Assembly: GCF_009914755.1 (NCBI RefSeq)
Contig: NC_060926.1
Source: the human T2T-CHM13v2.0 reference genome, Homo sapiens
Length of the DNA: 64,000 nucleotides
Direction: 5' to 3' (one strand)
The notes beneath the pieces were generated by a model, which saw nothing but the letters and a program-made list of their open reading frames with translations, did no database searches and was not told the origin of the DNA. The translations under genes and the position numbers were made by a program. This document shows, in pieces, positions 15,363-30,991 of this stretch. Numbering within the stretch: the stretch's first letter is position 1; the number at the start of each line of letters is the position of its first letter.

Positions 15363-16476
15363 CACCTCTCCTTTTTTATTCTGCTGGAACTATTGTAAGG
15401 AAGCCTAACTGGACAGGATCGTGGATAAATGGGAGATCCTGAATCACTGTGGCCACTGCTACCACAATAACGGGTGCTAAACTGAGGCCTAGACCAGCAC
15501 ACAGAAGAACACACAGTGTTAAATGAACCGCACAGAAAGAGTAGAGCTGCTGATGAAGCCACGAACTTTGGAACATACAATATCTGAAGTATAAAGTTTG
15601 CCTCTGAGCTTTCACTTGCATGAGTCAATAATTCCATATTTTGCGGTAGCCAATTTGTGCTGGCTTTCTGTTTGCTTGCAATGAAAAGATTCTTATCAGA
15701 TACACTTCAAGAATAAAGTTTGAAATAGACCAAGTTTGATCCTCATCCACTTCCCTTTCTGAAAGCATCTTCCACAAGTCACTCTCTTTCTGCCCAGGCA
15801 CCAGTGCCCTCCTCTGTCCCAAGGATCCCATTCCGATATCCTACTCAGGCCTGCACTAACTTTGAAAACGCTTCAGGCCCTGACATCACCTTCTCCTTTC
15901 CTCCTCCTCCTTTTACTCCCTGCTCCACCTCCACCACAAGTACAAATGCATAAAACAAAAATATTTTAAATATATAAATTACTGTGAGTATGGTGTAACT
16001 GAGCCTAAAAGAGGACGAAGAGTTTGTGTCTACATCAGTTCGTGTGGGTCGACATGAATGAGTACAAAAGTCACTGCTAGAAGCAGGTTTTAGGTGCAGT
16101 TCGGGGCAGAGGCTGAATGATGTCTGTTCCCCACAGAGAGATGCAGGTCATGCTGCAGAAGCTGGCTTTACAAAAGAATCTGGGAGACACTGGGCACAAG
16201 AAGAGTCACTCGAGGACCCAGGGGACACAGAGTGACCCAGAGTTGCGAAAGTCTGGAACACAGGTTGTCCAGGGAGGCTGAAGAGTACAGTGCTGAAAAA
16301 CAGCACCTTAGAAGGAAGAAGCTGTGTTCTCACTGAGGAAGGCACAGCTCCTGCAGCAGAAGCCTCTTCAAAGGCTGGTGGCAGTAGACATCAATGAGCA
16401 GGGGAGCTGTGAGCACACGTTAAGACACTTACTGGACTCAGAAAAAATGGGCAACAGGTTAGGGGGAAGGTGTTAA

Positions 16477-16875
<399 letters not shown>

Positions 16876-18806
16876 AATGTCAATGTATACCCACAGGCTA
16901 GTGGGACATAGGGACATTTAGATTATACAAAGGAGAATTTAATAAGTGAACAGCCAAAACACAGTATAAGGGCCATGACAGAGAAGGAGACCTAGTGCCA
17001 CATTAAAGAGATTCACAGAGAATATTGAAGACGGATTTTGACAAGTGGGAAGATTATCAAGTGGAAATGGGGAAAGCACTTTAAGGTGAAGGAATGGCAT
17101 GATCAAGGGAGTGGAGGGATGAAAGCAGGGGTTACGTCCAAGTCTAGGTACCTGCGGCCGCCATGCAAGTACAGGCAGAGGGGAGGGAAGGGGAACACAC
17201 TGGCATGAAAGGGCAAACAGATCCGGGGAGATGGGAGCACGGCTGCTTTGTTGGGGTGCGCTTTGTTAAGATGGTAAAATGAGCATACTTGCAAGCAATA
17301 AGTCAAATTCCCATAATGTATGAATGAATAGAGCCTCCAAAGACTGCTGGGAACATTTATCTTTTTAAAATAGGCTGCTTGTTAACCCAAATCATCTTGG
17401 AACTGTCTGAACTTCAGACAGTGGAGGAAAAAGAAAAGCAGTCAGGCAGTGTGAAAACAAGTATCTGGGGGCAGAACTACCCCTGGGCAGCCTCATCCTC
17501 CCACTCCTACCTTCCCATCCCCACCATGAGGGTCCCGGCTGGTCTCCACAGCTCTTGCGGCTTCCTTTCAGCTTGTTCCCTTCTCAGCTCCCAAACCCAC
17601 ACTTGGGTGTGGCACTCCAAGGTCTGGCTTTGTGTTGCTGTTGTTGCTTTAAATAAGACCACAGTTGTGGAGGGAGGCCACAATAATGGCGGATGTTTTT
17701 AACATACGTGTATGTTGGACATACGTTTTGCCTGCCTGCACTGTCTTTTTGATAACCTGCTGCAGCCATTAAAAAAAAAAAACAAACAAACAAACAAAAA
17801 GCAGTGAATGTACTGAATGCTACTGCACCTATACTTTAAAATAAAATAGCAAATTTTATATTACATTTATTATACCACAATAAAAAATAAATAAATAAAA
17901 CAATTGTTAGAAAACATACCAAGGTCCTTGTTTTTTATTCAACAATTAGCACTCTTTGGTGTCTTCTTACTAAAGAGGGGAAATAAATAAATAAATAAAA
18001 TACTTGTAAATATGACATTTGCCTTTGATTGGGTTGGTTTACACCCTTGGTGTCTCTACTAATGGACAAACAGTCATAACAGTAATATCCATGGTACACA
18101 TTTCTCTTACAATATCGATTTGACAGAGTTTTTAAAAAGATATTAGATATAGTTTAATTTTCATTTTGCATGAGCAAGAGAAATATGTATATTGTAATAA
18201 AGTAAATGAATACGACAATCAATACTACATGAAAAACAGAGCCTTCCCTATCAGAGTCCTCAACAAAGAAACAGAAAGAATAAAACACATCCTCAAACTA
18301 AATCACCCCTCAAGCTTTCTGAAATTAGCAAAGAATGTTTGCAGCTGACCTATTTCTCTCCCACACAACTGTGTTGATAATTGACTTTTGTCCCCCAGGG
18401 AAGTACTCAAATATAATTGAGAAGCACCTGCCACATAGAGAGTACAGTTTTATATACCTAATAATTCCCTTAAATATTGTATTTAGCTTGGAACTCAAGC
18501 ACTCCGCTTTCTCCTTAATTGTATTTCTCAAGAAGGAAATGTTATAATTACCAAAGCAGAGTTACTATGAACATCTAGACAAACTAAAGGAAGCATTTTG
18601 AATTGTAAGTACCCAAGATATTTCTATTACTAGAAATTATTGAAAACGATGACAATAACCATTTCTATTGTTCATATACTTTTCTTTAATCCTGTCGATC
18701 ACATCCTATTATAAAAACCACCCCCCTCTATAGATGGGAGCCACTCCAGGAAGACAAGAAGTCCAGGGTCAGGGGTTTGATTTCCATGCAGGTTAAAGAG
18801 TTTTGT

Positions 18807-19623
<817 letters not shown>

Positions 19624-19638
19624 TTAATGAAAAGATTT

Positions 19639-19872
<234 letters not shown>

Positions 19873-20096
19873 ATCTGAAGCCAGTCACAAAAGACCACAT
19901 GTTAATTTATGGTTCCATTTATATAAAATGTCCAGAGTGAGCAAATCCAAAAAGATAGAGAATAGATTAGTGGATGCCTAGGGCTGGGAGGTGGGGAAGA
20001 GGATGCAGAATGACTGCTAACAGGGATAGGTTTCTTCTCCAGGCCATGAAAATATTAGATTATGACATGCCTGAAAAAAAGAATGCCTTCCCCACT

Positions 20097-20098
<2 letters not shown>

Positions 20099-20146
<48 letters not shown>
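20099..20146. repeat. (AC)24 microsatellite
   Basis: Perfect dinucleotide run. Confidence 0.97.
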
Positions 20147-20148
<2 letters not shown>

Positions 20149-21611
20149 CAAATTAAAAAGCAGTGACTAAGGAACATTCTACTGGTAACAATGATCATTT
20201 TACCCACCTGTTCGATTCTAAACAATAATCAGCATTAAATTGTTAGCAATAGCATTGGGCCATTTAAGAAGAAAAAAAAGGAAGACGATATATTTATCTG
20301 CACAAGTTACTATGCATTTCCATTACTGCTAGATTTTCCATATGTTATCAATGAAACTGCTAAAAAAATTTTCCATAAGGAATTTTAAAATCTCATCATA
20401 ATATATGGACACAGTAAGCACTATAAAAGTTAACCACCTCTAGTGATCCTACAACCCAGAAATGCATATTCTTTTCAAGTTTATGTTTACAAAATATTTA
20501 CTCCCAAAACAAATACTACAACAGCAATTAAACTGCAACCTTGGAGAAAGATACATCCATCAACATAGAACAGAAAATGAGAAATGAAATAGACACGATT
20601 TGTCATCCAAATGATTACAGTGAGATGATCAGAAAAATTCAGTAGCCGTCGAATAAGTTTTACAGCCCTTACCTAACTAATGCTTTCAGATCGTGAATGC
20701 CATCCCTTCAGATTCAAGTAATTACCTCTGCTCTATTTATGTGTATAATAAGAAAAGACACGTTAAAGAAAATAGGGAAGTTTACAAAGGCGCATGTTTA
20801 CTCTACTAGAAATGAGAACTATCTTTAAGGAATTCCAAAGCACTGTTTATATTCAAGCTAGATGATAATATATCAGCCTCATCTATTTCTGAAGGCAGGG
20901 TGCCCTAGCACACAGCTTGTCATTATTGTTACTTGAAAGCAGTAAAGCTACAGTATACCCTTAAAATTGAATCTATAATTCAGCTTTTTCATGAATTTCG
21001 GCTTCTACTTACAGTCCTACCTCCCTGAGTGCCCTCCTGTCTCCTCACAGTACACATGGTTAAATCCATGTGAAATTCCTGATGTGTCCATGTAGTCAAG
21101 TTCAGAACTGACACTCTTATAGAATGAAGAGCACTGGATTCACCTCATTGTTTTCCTGGTTCATGAAGTACAAGGGCAACTGTGCAAAAGCAGGACAATA
21201 CTGACTGCTTCAACCAGAGTGTGTTTGGATTGGGGTTCGTTGGGGATAACAGCCCAGCTCTTCTTGAGACTTACCCATTGATGTATTCTAAGATGCAGAG
21301 GTATAGCAGAGTGTGTTCCCAGGGGTGGTCAAAGAGTGCTTTGCAAGCTTTGTCTTGCCATAGCCCACAAAGGAAATAATTGTGCAACACACCGGATTCA
21401 GTGGAAGTGAAAAACAGTCCAGAAGCTCAGCCTACACCAGGCTCACCCCACTGAAGGATCATCTCAGAGGATACATGTTTTGAGGCCTGTCACCCATTCT
21501 CTGCTCACACACTCTGCAGGGAAGAAAGCTCCAGCAAAGGGACAGAAAATAGAGAGATGGCACTGTTCTAGGAAGCTCTCTCTTCCAAAATATGGCTTAA
21601 AAAGCATGCAA

Positions 21612-21880
21612 AGCCAAGCGCAGTGGCTCATGCCTGTAATCCCAACACTTTGGGAGGCTGAGGTGAAAGGACTGCTTGAGCCCAGCAGTTTGAGACCAGC
21701 CTGGGCAATATGGTGAGACCCCATTTCTACTAAAAGTAAAAAAAAAGAAAAAAAAAAGCCAGGCTTGGTAGTGCACACCTGTAGTCCCAGCTACTTGTAG
21801 GCTGAGGTGGGAGGATCCCGTGAGCACAGGAGGTTGAGGCTGCAGGGAACACGACCCTGTCTCAAAAAGAAAAAAAGAAA
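21612..21880 (+). mobile_element. AluJ with internal deletion
   Basis: Diverged Alu. Confidence 0.85.
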
Positions 21881-22281
21881 GACAGAAAGCAGAGGCCAAA
21901 CACAGAGGGTTACTGAGCAGAATGGGACCTGCATGCCCCACTCTCCACATGTCTGTAGAGTCTTCATGAATGTGAGTGAGTTGCAAGCTGTTCACCCTGG
22001 TTAGGATTTATGCTTTATTCTGAGTCAGAGCTTCAGAAATGAGACCAAAAACGGGCCAAGCTTTGAGGAAGATGAGTATGGACAATGCCAAGACCACACC
22101 CAGAAAAGATGGGTCAGACCCAGATTTGAGTGGCCAAAGGAAGGCCATTAAATAGCATTGCCTTTTGTTTAAACCTTGTTTGAAAGGGCAGTCTCTGCTT
22201 CCTTAATATCCAGGGTTGACCCTGTCTGGGGCAGCAGGTGGAGCAATTAAGGGGAGAGGGCCAAAGCCAAAGTCATTTTCA

Positions 22282-22650
<369 letters not shown>

Positions 22651-22725
22651 TTACCTAAGTTTCAATAAAATTGTACCATTCTAAAACTAAAGGATAAATA
22701 TTTATTCTACAGAAATGAAATTTAG

Positions 22726-23019
22726 GGTTGGGCATGATGGCTCACACCTGTAATCCTAGCACTTTGGGTGGCTGAGGCAGGTGGATCACTTGAAGTCAGG
22801 CATTCAAGACCAGCCTGGCCAACATGGTGAAGCCCGATCTCTACTAAAAATAGAAAAGTTAGCCAGGCATGTTGGCAGTCCCGTTATCCCAGATACTCGG
22901 GAGGCTGACGCAGGAGAATTGCTTGAACCTGGGAGGGAGAGATTTCAGTGAGCTGAGATTGGGCCACTGCACTCCAGCCTGAGCAACAGAGTGTGACTCC
23001 GTCTCAAAAAAAAAAAAAA
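22726..23019 (+). mobile_element. AluS
   Basis: Alu match, TSD tgaaatttagg. Confidence 0.9.
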
Positions 23020-23399
23020 GTGAAATTTAGGCAATTCTATCCATCAGGAACAGAGACTCAGACATAAGTAAAAATGACTGGTTAACGGGTTAGCTACCCA
23101 GTAATTAGATTTCTTTCTTCATAAGCTCAGTTCAATTTATTTAAGCCCCACAACAAGAAGAAGCACAGTTTGCCAAGAGCGACAGAGTTCTTTCTTGCTC
23201 TATCAGAGCAAGAGAAGATTCATTGCACAAAAAACTCACAAAGGAAATAAGCGCGAACTTTTTAAAGTTCATTGTAACTGGATTACACCATTTAGCAAGG
23301 AAGGTCTACTTACAGAGCAAGTAAAAACTTCCAACTTTGCAGATGAAAATGATTCAATACTGTCTACCATGCAGCTAAAATATAAAAATGGTTGTGCCC

Positions 23400-23612
<213 letters not shown>

Positions 23613-24695
23613 TAAACGTAACTGGTTGTGCCCCTCCTTGGCTGTTTCCCTCAGATCCACTCCTCCCACTCCGCTGCTCTACTTTCCATCTCAGAGGGCC
23701 ACTGCCTGCAGCTTGTTTCCCAGAATCCCAGGTCAGTGGGCTTCCAGAGAGGCTCAGCCAATGGGAGGAACTGGTAGAAGACTGGAGGGTGGAAGGAATA
23801 ATCCTACAAGAAGCTAACCAAGCAAACAAAAATTCCATCCATGATAGAATTGGGAAGAAACCACAGTCTCTAAATTCTTCAACTGATGCTATGGTTCTTC
23901 ACAGCAACCACGCAGATTCAGAACGTTTCCAGGATCTGAGAGGAATAAGCTCCATATGTCCTTGCATGTATCCACACCTGTGTGAGTTTGTGTGTTTGGC
24001 TTGTTTATTCAGGGATAAAGTGGATTGTGGTGAAAAAAACAGTAGAGTCTGAGCCAGGATCCCTTGCGTCTGTTCTACCATTATCTATTGGTATGACCTT
24101 TATGTCCTTGGGCCTATGTTTTATTCATCTGAAAAAAGAGACTGAAGTATTTTCTTTCTGCAATCTCTTCCTGTTCTAAAATTCTGTGATTCTAAGTTTA
24201 TGGATAAATTTTGCATATATACATGCCTGTAGGCATATGATTATTCTTAGAGCTATGCGCAAAGCATATACCTTCTGTTGATGAATTTGCATTTCATCAG
24301 AGAAACATATCTATAACTGGTGCTCAAATTATAACCCCAAGAATTTGTTTGCCAACTTGTTTTATTCTAGTATCAACCTAAAAATCTGAATGTTTTAGAT
24401 CTCTAAATACAGTGTGGTTCATTGAATTATTGTAACGATCATCTGATTAGCATACCTTAAAAAATACGAGGTTCCTTGTTCCAAGGTAGATGGTTCCAAC
24501 AATGGCTGCAACCATATCTTCCATTCCATATGCTCTTTTTTTTTAATGAAATATTATTATACATTATTCTGTAACTTACTTTTTTCACTTGAATGCATTT
24601 CAAATGAATGTCTTAAATGCATTTCCATATCATTACACGCAGGGTGGCTTTATTTTTTTCTTTAATGGCTGAATAGTACTCTGTAGTATAATATA

Positions 24696-25060
24696 TAGTA
24701 GTCCACCCTTAACCGTGAGGGATACATTCCAAGACCCCAGTGGATGCCTGGAACTACAGATAGTAACAAACCATATATACATTTACATATATATACATAT
24801 ATATATATAATGTTTTTTCCTATACATATATACCTAAGATGAAGTCTAATTTGTAAATTAGGCACAGTAAGAGATTAATAACAACTAATAATAAAACAGA
24901 ACAATGTTAACAATATGTCATAATAAAAGTTATATGAAATGTAGTCTCTTTCTCATTCTCAAAATAGCTACTGTACTGTACTCACCTACATTCAGACCTC
25001 AGTTGACCGCAGGTAACTGAAACCAGGGAATGCAAAAATATGGATGAGGGCCCCAATGTA
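24696..25060 (+). mobile_element. MER44A (Tigger7-derived DNA transposon)
   Basis: tagtagtccacccttaaccg...ttccaagaccccagtggatgcctg...taactgaaacc. Confidence 0.85.
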
Positions 25061-25361
25061 CATTATTTGCTCATTTACTGACTGCTGCATACATATATTG
25101 TTTCTAGTTTCTCTGCTCAGTGTGATGTTTGCTGTGGATTTTAGTAGATAATTTTTATTAGATTTAGGGAGCTGCCTTCTCTTCTTTTTTTAAAATCACG
25201 TGCCTCTAGATATGCTCTATTCTTAACTTACAAAATTTATCAAATACTTTTTTGGCACCTACTGAAATCAACATATATTTTTCTTTAATTTGTTATATAA
25301 ATTGAATAATCTTTACATTCCTGTTTATACTATTGGCACTGAATTTGACTTGCTGTTTTTT

Positions 25362-25362
<1 letters not shown>

Positions 25363-25392
<30 letters not shown>
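25363..25392. repeat. (GT)n microsatellite
   Basis: Direct reading. Confidence 0.95.
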
Positions 25393-25394
<2 letters not shown>

Positions 25395-25929
25395 TTTTAC
25401 CCATATGCTCTTTTATAACGTGACCTTGTTGCACCCCATCAAAAGATAGTCTGTTTTCTCTTTTGTTGCAACTGAGCAGGCTCTTGGACCTGTTTTGACT
25501 TGAGTTTGCAAGACAAGTGATACAGTGTAGCTTTCAAAACTGGGTCTTAGGAGAGCTGTGGCTTCAGCCTTCACTTCTTGGAACCTAGCCACCATATTAT
25601 CCGGGAGCTCAAGCAACCATGTTGAGAGGCCCAGGTGGAGAAAAACTGAGCCGCTGCCAAAAGCTCTAGTTGAGTTCTCAGCCAGCAGCCAGCACCAACT
25701 GCCAACCACATGTGTGAGGCTACTCTGGACCTTCCAGCCATCCCAGTGCCCATATAACATCATACAATGCAGAACTGTCTGGTTAGTACACAGAAATAAA
25801 AAATTGTTGTTGTTTCAAGCCACAGAGTTTTGGGGGAGGTTAGGAGGCAATTTCTCCCCACTAAACAAAGCATTTAATGTTGGAGCAGAACCTCATGCCT
25901 AAAATATATCAAGTTAGTTCTCCATCCAT

Positions 25930-26750
25930 CCACTGCTTCATTCATTCAAGTGTGTGTTTATTGAACATATACTATGCTAGATGCTGAGGACACAAAGATC
26001 AAATGCAGACATGTCCCTGTCCTTGTGGAACTCATACGGATGGGGAGACAGAATGTAACAGAGAAATCTAAGTACATGTTAAATAAAAGCGGTGGTGCTA
26101 CTGAAAACTGGCACAAGGCCCTCTGGGAGCCCCTTGTTGGGGAACTGACTTTATCAGGAAGGTTAGAAGAGGAAGTGAAGACTAAACCCCCAGATCTCAG
26201 GGAAGATTAAAAGTTAACTAGGCAGAAGGAAGGACAACAACCTGCCACACAGAGGGCTCAGCATATGCAAAGGACCAGTGGCAAGAGGGAAGACAGTGTG
26301 TTCAAACTCTGTGTCCAGAGCTAAGAGATCATGGCTCAAGATGAGGCTGGAAGCAGGCAGGGGCCAGGCCAGGTATGACTTTGCTGGCCTCATAAGAGCA
26401 GACTTAACAAGGAAAAGTCAACAAACTATTCCCACTCTGATCAGATTTTCTCTTCAAACCCCAGTGGGAAGAGGACTAACTTGGAGTACTCAGCCGTATA
26501 AACTGTATGTGTAGTGACACCCATGGGTAGATATACTTATGGATATATAATAGATACTCGGGGTACATGGTCATTGAGCCCGCCCTCTCGTTCCTTGTTA
26601 CATGTCACCGTACTGTTTGTAGACATCTCTGTCTCCATTGCTAGATTATAAAAATCTTTGAGTACAGGGGCTGTGTCTCATCCATCTTTTCATTCCTCCC
26701 CTACAATATCTAACATAGTGCTAGGCACATAGCAAATACTTAAGTGTTTC
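25930..26750. mobile_element. L2 fragments (minus about 25930-26400; plus about 26600-26750)
   Basis: ttcattcattcaag...ccctgtccttgtggaactc; ctagattataaa...tagtgctaggcacatag. Confidence 0.6.
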
Positions 26751-27449
26751 CTAAAACTTTAAAATATGACTAGATAATCCATTCATAAATAGCCTGTAAG
26801 AAGGGCTCTCCTGAAAGAAAATTCTATGGCCTCATTTGGAAAGCCACTCCAATGATGGCAACACTCTTAGGAAGGTCTTGCTGTAAAACATCATTCCTTT
26901 CTAATTTGGGCCAGTTCTTGAGTTTCATCCCCAATGAAGAGTGAGAACACTTCATCACATTTCCAAAGAAAGCCTTTGTGTGTACTTTGAAGATCATTTC
27001 TGGGTCACTCCTAGCTTTCTTTCCTTTCAGCGGCGAAGTACTTCATCTTCTCACCTTTCCTCAAAGAAGCCATTTATTTGCTCCCTGGATTCATTCCAAA
27101 ACCTCCATCCCTCCTAAATGGTGGAAGCCAGAAATCTTGTAGACCAGAAACAAGGTCAAAGATTCCTGAGGGGCTTCATGAGCAGTCCTCAGAGTGGAAG
27201 CAGGCTCTCTTTCTCAGTCTGCTTGTTTTCCAGCCAATTCAAATGTTCATGTGTGTGCATGCACACATATGTGCATATATAGTCTCAGAAACACTGAAAC
27301 TTTTTAACAAGCTCAAAGAACAAATATTGTCTTATTGGGTGAGTTGCCAACTGCCTTCTCTGCTTCACCAACAGCCCAGTCTTCCCCATCCAATGTAACA
27401 CATCGATTTTTTTTTTAATGAAAGCTTTTCTCCATATTTTTGTAAATAA

Positions 27450-27915
<466 letters not shown>

Positions 27916-28163
27916 AAGGCTCTGTTAACGTAAGCAGCTGTTATGCTTTCATAAAAAATATTTTTTGGCATTGGGGTGATTTCAATTTTATCCGAAAGTT
28001 ATTGTTAAACTGCATTTGTAATCATTTTCCTTATCTCATCAAAGAAATGTAAATCCCTCAGTTATTTTTATTGTAGCCAATACAGAAGTCTGTATGATGT
28101 CATTTGAATGAGATCATGTGTAGTATACTCAGTGAGTTGTAAAGTGCTCATAAAAATTAAGTA

Positions 28164-28459
<296 letters not shown>

Positions 28460-30288
28460 TTAAGTACTATTTTTGTGCCGAAAAATAAGATTGTGTATAT
28501 AATACAATTACAATTAACTCCTGAATTTAAATTAGACCATTTAATCAAACCAATGAATTCCCATTTCATAGATGAAATATATTTATTTAAAAAAATCTAC
28601 TTTGCTTTAAATTATTCCCAAAATTATTTAGCATGCAATACTTTTAACATTTCTTAAGCCAGCACATAGCAGCACGCTTTACAAGAACTTATATATACAT
28701 CATCTCAATCAGTTACGGGCATAAATTGAGAAAAGAGTAAGAATATTAGAATATTATTTTGTTTGTGCTTGGAAGGAAGAATAAAGCATTAGTGCAGTTA
28801 TGTAGATGAACTCAAAAGTTTTAGTCAAACAGCTTATGGAAAGAACTGCTGTGTAATTAGTATTTCCAAGAATTTGCAACAATGAAACACCACTAAAAAT
28901 AGGCACCTACAAAATAAACACCAGCAAGACCTCAAACAGTTGCATAACAGAAAAATGTTTTTAAGATAAACAATATGTTTGCCTTATCAAATACATAATC
29001 TAAATACTGCAAAGGGGATAGAATGCACTTTTAGAATGAATTCGGAATCCAAAATGCATTTATTTCCATAATGTACATGCTTAGTGCTCGCTGAATTAAA
29101 TGGTAGTCAAAATTTCCGCTTCTGCAGAAAGTGAAATTCTGCATAATAAATATCATCTAAATATGCTTTATAGACCCTTTTAGGAGAGGTCTGAGTTCAA
29201 TTTTGATATCAATTCCTCGTTGATATGTTTAAATTGATGATAATCACTAAAGAAACACCAGAGCTGCCATCATAGGTTAGAAAACACATTACACAATACT
29301 GAGTGACCTAGAGGGAAAAGAACTTCTCAAGGTCACTCCAGCAGCCCACAGGAAGACCTGGGATAAAAGCCTCTTGGTGCGATGACCAATGTCTTCCTAG
29401 GTCACCCGAAACCTAGGACACACCCCGACAATTTCTGTTCCAAAGAAAGATCAAGGTGACTCATTGCATGATCTCTCTAGCACCCAGCAGCCAGGGGTGG
29501 TTTCATTAACAGCACATGGACAGTTGGAAAACTGAGGACCAATTTCCTGTGCCAAGGTGAAAGGCACCTAAGCATTGAGCATTACCAGCGATCCGGAGAT
29601 CCCGAGCACAGACAATTCGCACTAGAACCACGCAGGAGAAAGCAAGCACTAAGAAAACAAACACGAAGTGAAGGCGCACCCAGACCCGGAGCTGAGTGCT
29701 GGCCTTCGTTAATTCCTATTTAACCAGATACAGCTGTCTTTCCCTAACTAAGCGAATCCAAGAAGCGGTCCTAAAGTGAGAGTAAACTTTCTGCTCAGTG
29801 TCTTTCTTTTGACCGGAGCTTGACGATCTCTCCCAAGATCCAGACAGATAAGAGTATTCAAATTAGGACAAAACAGAAGAAACCACTAAATCTCAACTCG
29901 AATCAAACCAGGTCCCCGGCCCCGAGGGGTCTGGTTACTCTAGGTCGAGTTATACGAATTAAAGACATTTCTCCACGCACCAAAGATACAACCAGACATA
30001 TTTCCAGCTCTTAAATTCAACGTCCCTGACTTAAGCCAGGTCCCCACCGAACTGTCCACACACATGCACAAACTAACTTCCCGCGGCGGTGCGGAGACGC
30101 CGGGACGCGAAGACGTCAAGAGCCCAGGCTAGAGGGAGAGGGACTGAGCCCGAGCACCGGCCGAGGCCGGGAAGAGACGCGCGCGGGCTTGACCCGCAGC
30201 TCCCGCACGTGTGGGCCACGGCCGGCTCCAGGACCCCCGCGCCGCGCGCTCGGCCTCCTCCCCATCCTGGTCTCCCGCCTCCTTCTCA

Positions 30289-30483
<195 letters not shown>

Positions 30484-30602
30484 CTAGAGCCCGCACCCAA
30501 GTCTCCTCCGCGACTCCCAAATACAGCCCCCACCCCCACCCACCCACTGCAAGCCTCGACTGCTGAAAAGATGCTCGAGAAGAGCAGCCCGCAAGCACCC
30601 AC

Positions 30603-30611
30603 CACATCCAT
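30603..30611 (-). CDS. CACNB4: Probable alternative CACNB4 first-exon coding part (MDV), spliced in frame to exon 2
   Basis: ATG GAT GTG followed by donor GTGGGT at 30602-30597, phase 0; fits my recollection of an isoform beginning MDV-VARGTTT. Confidence 0.7.
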
Positions 30612-30910
30612 TAACAAAGACTCTCAGGGTGCGGGGTCCGAGTCCCCGGCATCCGCTGGGGGAGGCTGCGGGCTCCGGAGCGGGAGCGCAGAGACCCGAA
30701 GGAGGGTGAGGAGGAGGAGGAAGAGAAGGAGGAGAAAGAGGAGGAGCGGGAGGAGAAAGGGACGTGGAGGAGGGGTGGGGGGAGCGGGGCCGCCGACTCC
30801 CGGGACTGGGGCCCCGCACGCCCGGCACGAAGGCGGGGCGCGCTAGGGCGGCGGAGGAGGTGTGAGGAAGGAAGAGGAGGAAGAGGAGAAGGGGGAGGAG
30901 GGGGCGGTAC

Positions 30911-30973
30911 CTGCGAGGTGGGGGAGTGCGGCCCGTCCGCGGTCCCGTTCTTGGCGTAGGAGGAGGAGGACAT
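30911..30973 (-). CDS. CACNB4: CACNB4 coding exon 1 (voltage-gated Ca channel beta-4 subunit, beta4b N-terminus MSSSSYAKNGTADGPHSPTSQ)
   Basis: ATG at 30973-30971; 21 codons match the known beta4b N-terminus; ends at donor CAG|GTACCG (phase 0); lies in a CpG island. Confidence 0.97.
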
Positions 30974-30976
30974 CGT

Positions 30977-30991
30977 TCAGAGCCGCCGCAT
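30977..30991 (-). promoter_or_regulatory. uORF (M-R-R-L-stop) in the CACNB4 5'UTR
   Basis: GCC ATG CGG CGG CTC TGA ACG ATG read directly on the minus strand. Confidence 0.75.

Larger units (their letters stand above)
24480..25850 (+). mobile_element. MLT1 LTR split by an L1M insertion (minus, about 24540-25400)
   Basis: TSD ccatatgctctttt at 24526-24539 and 25401-25414; MLT1 3' end aaataaa...tttcaagccacagagttttggg. Confidence 0.65.

Noticed and set aside
29084-29096. GTGCTCGCT resembling the U6 snRNA 5' end
   Set aside because: Match stops after 9 nt; no snRNA, tRNA or rRNA gene recognised anywhere in the window
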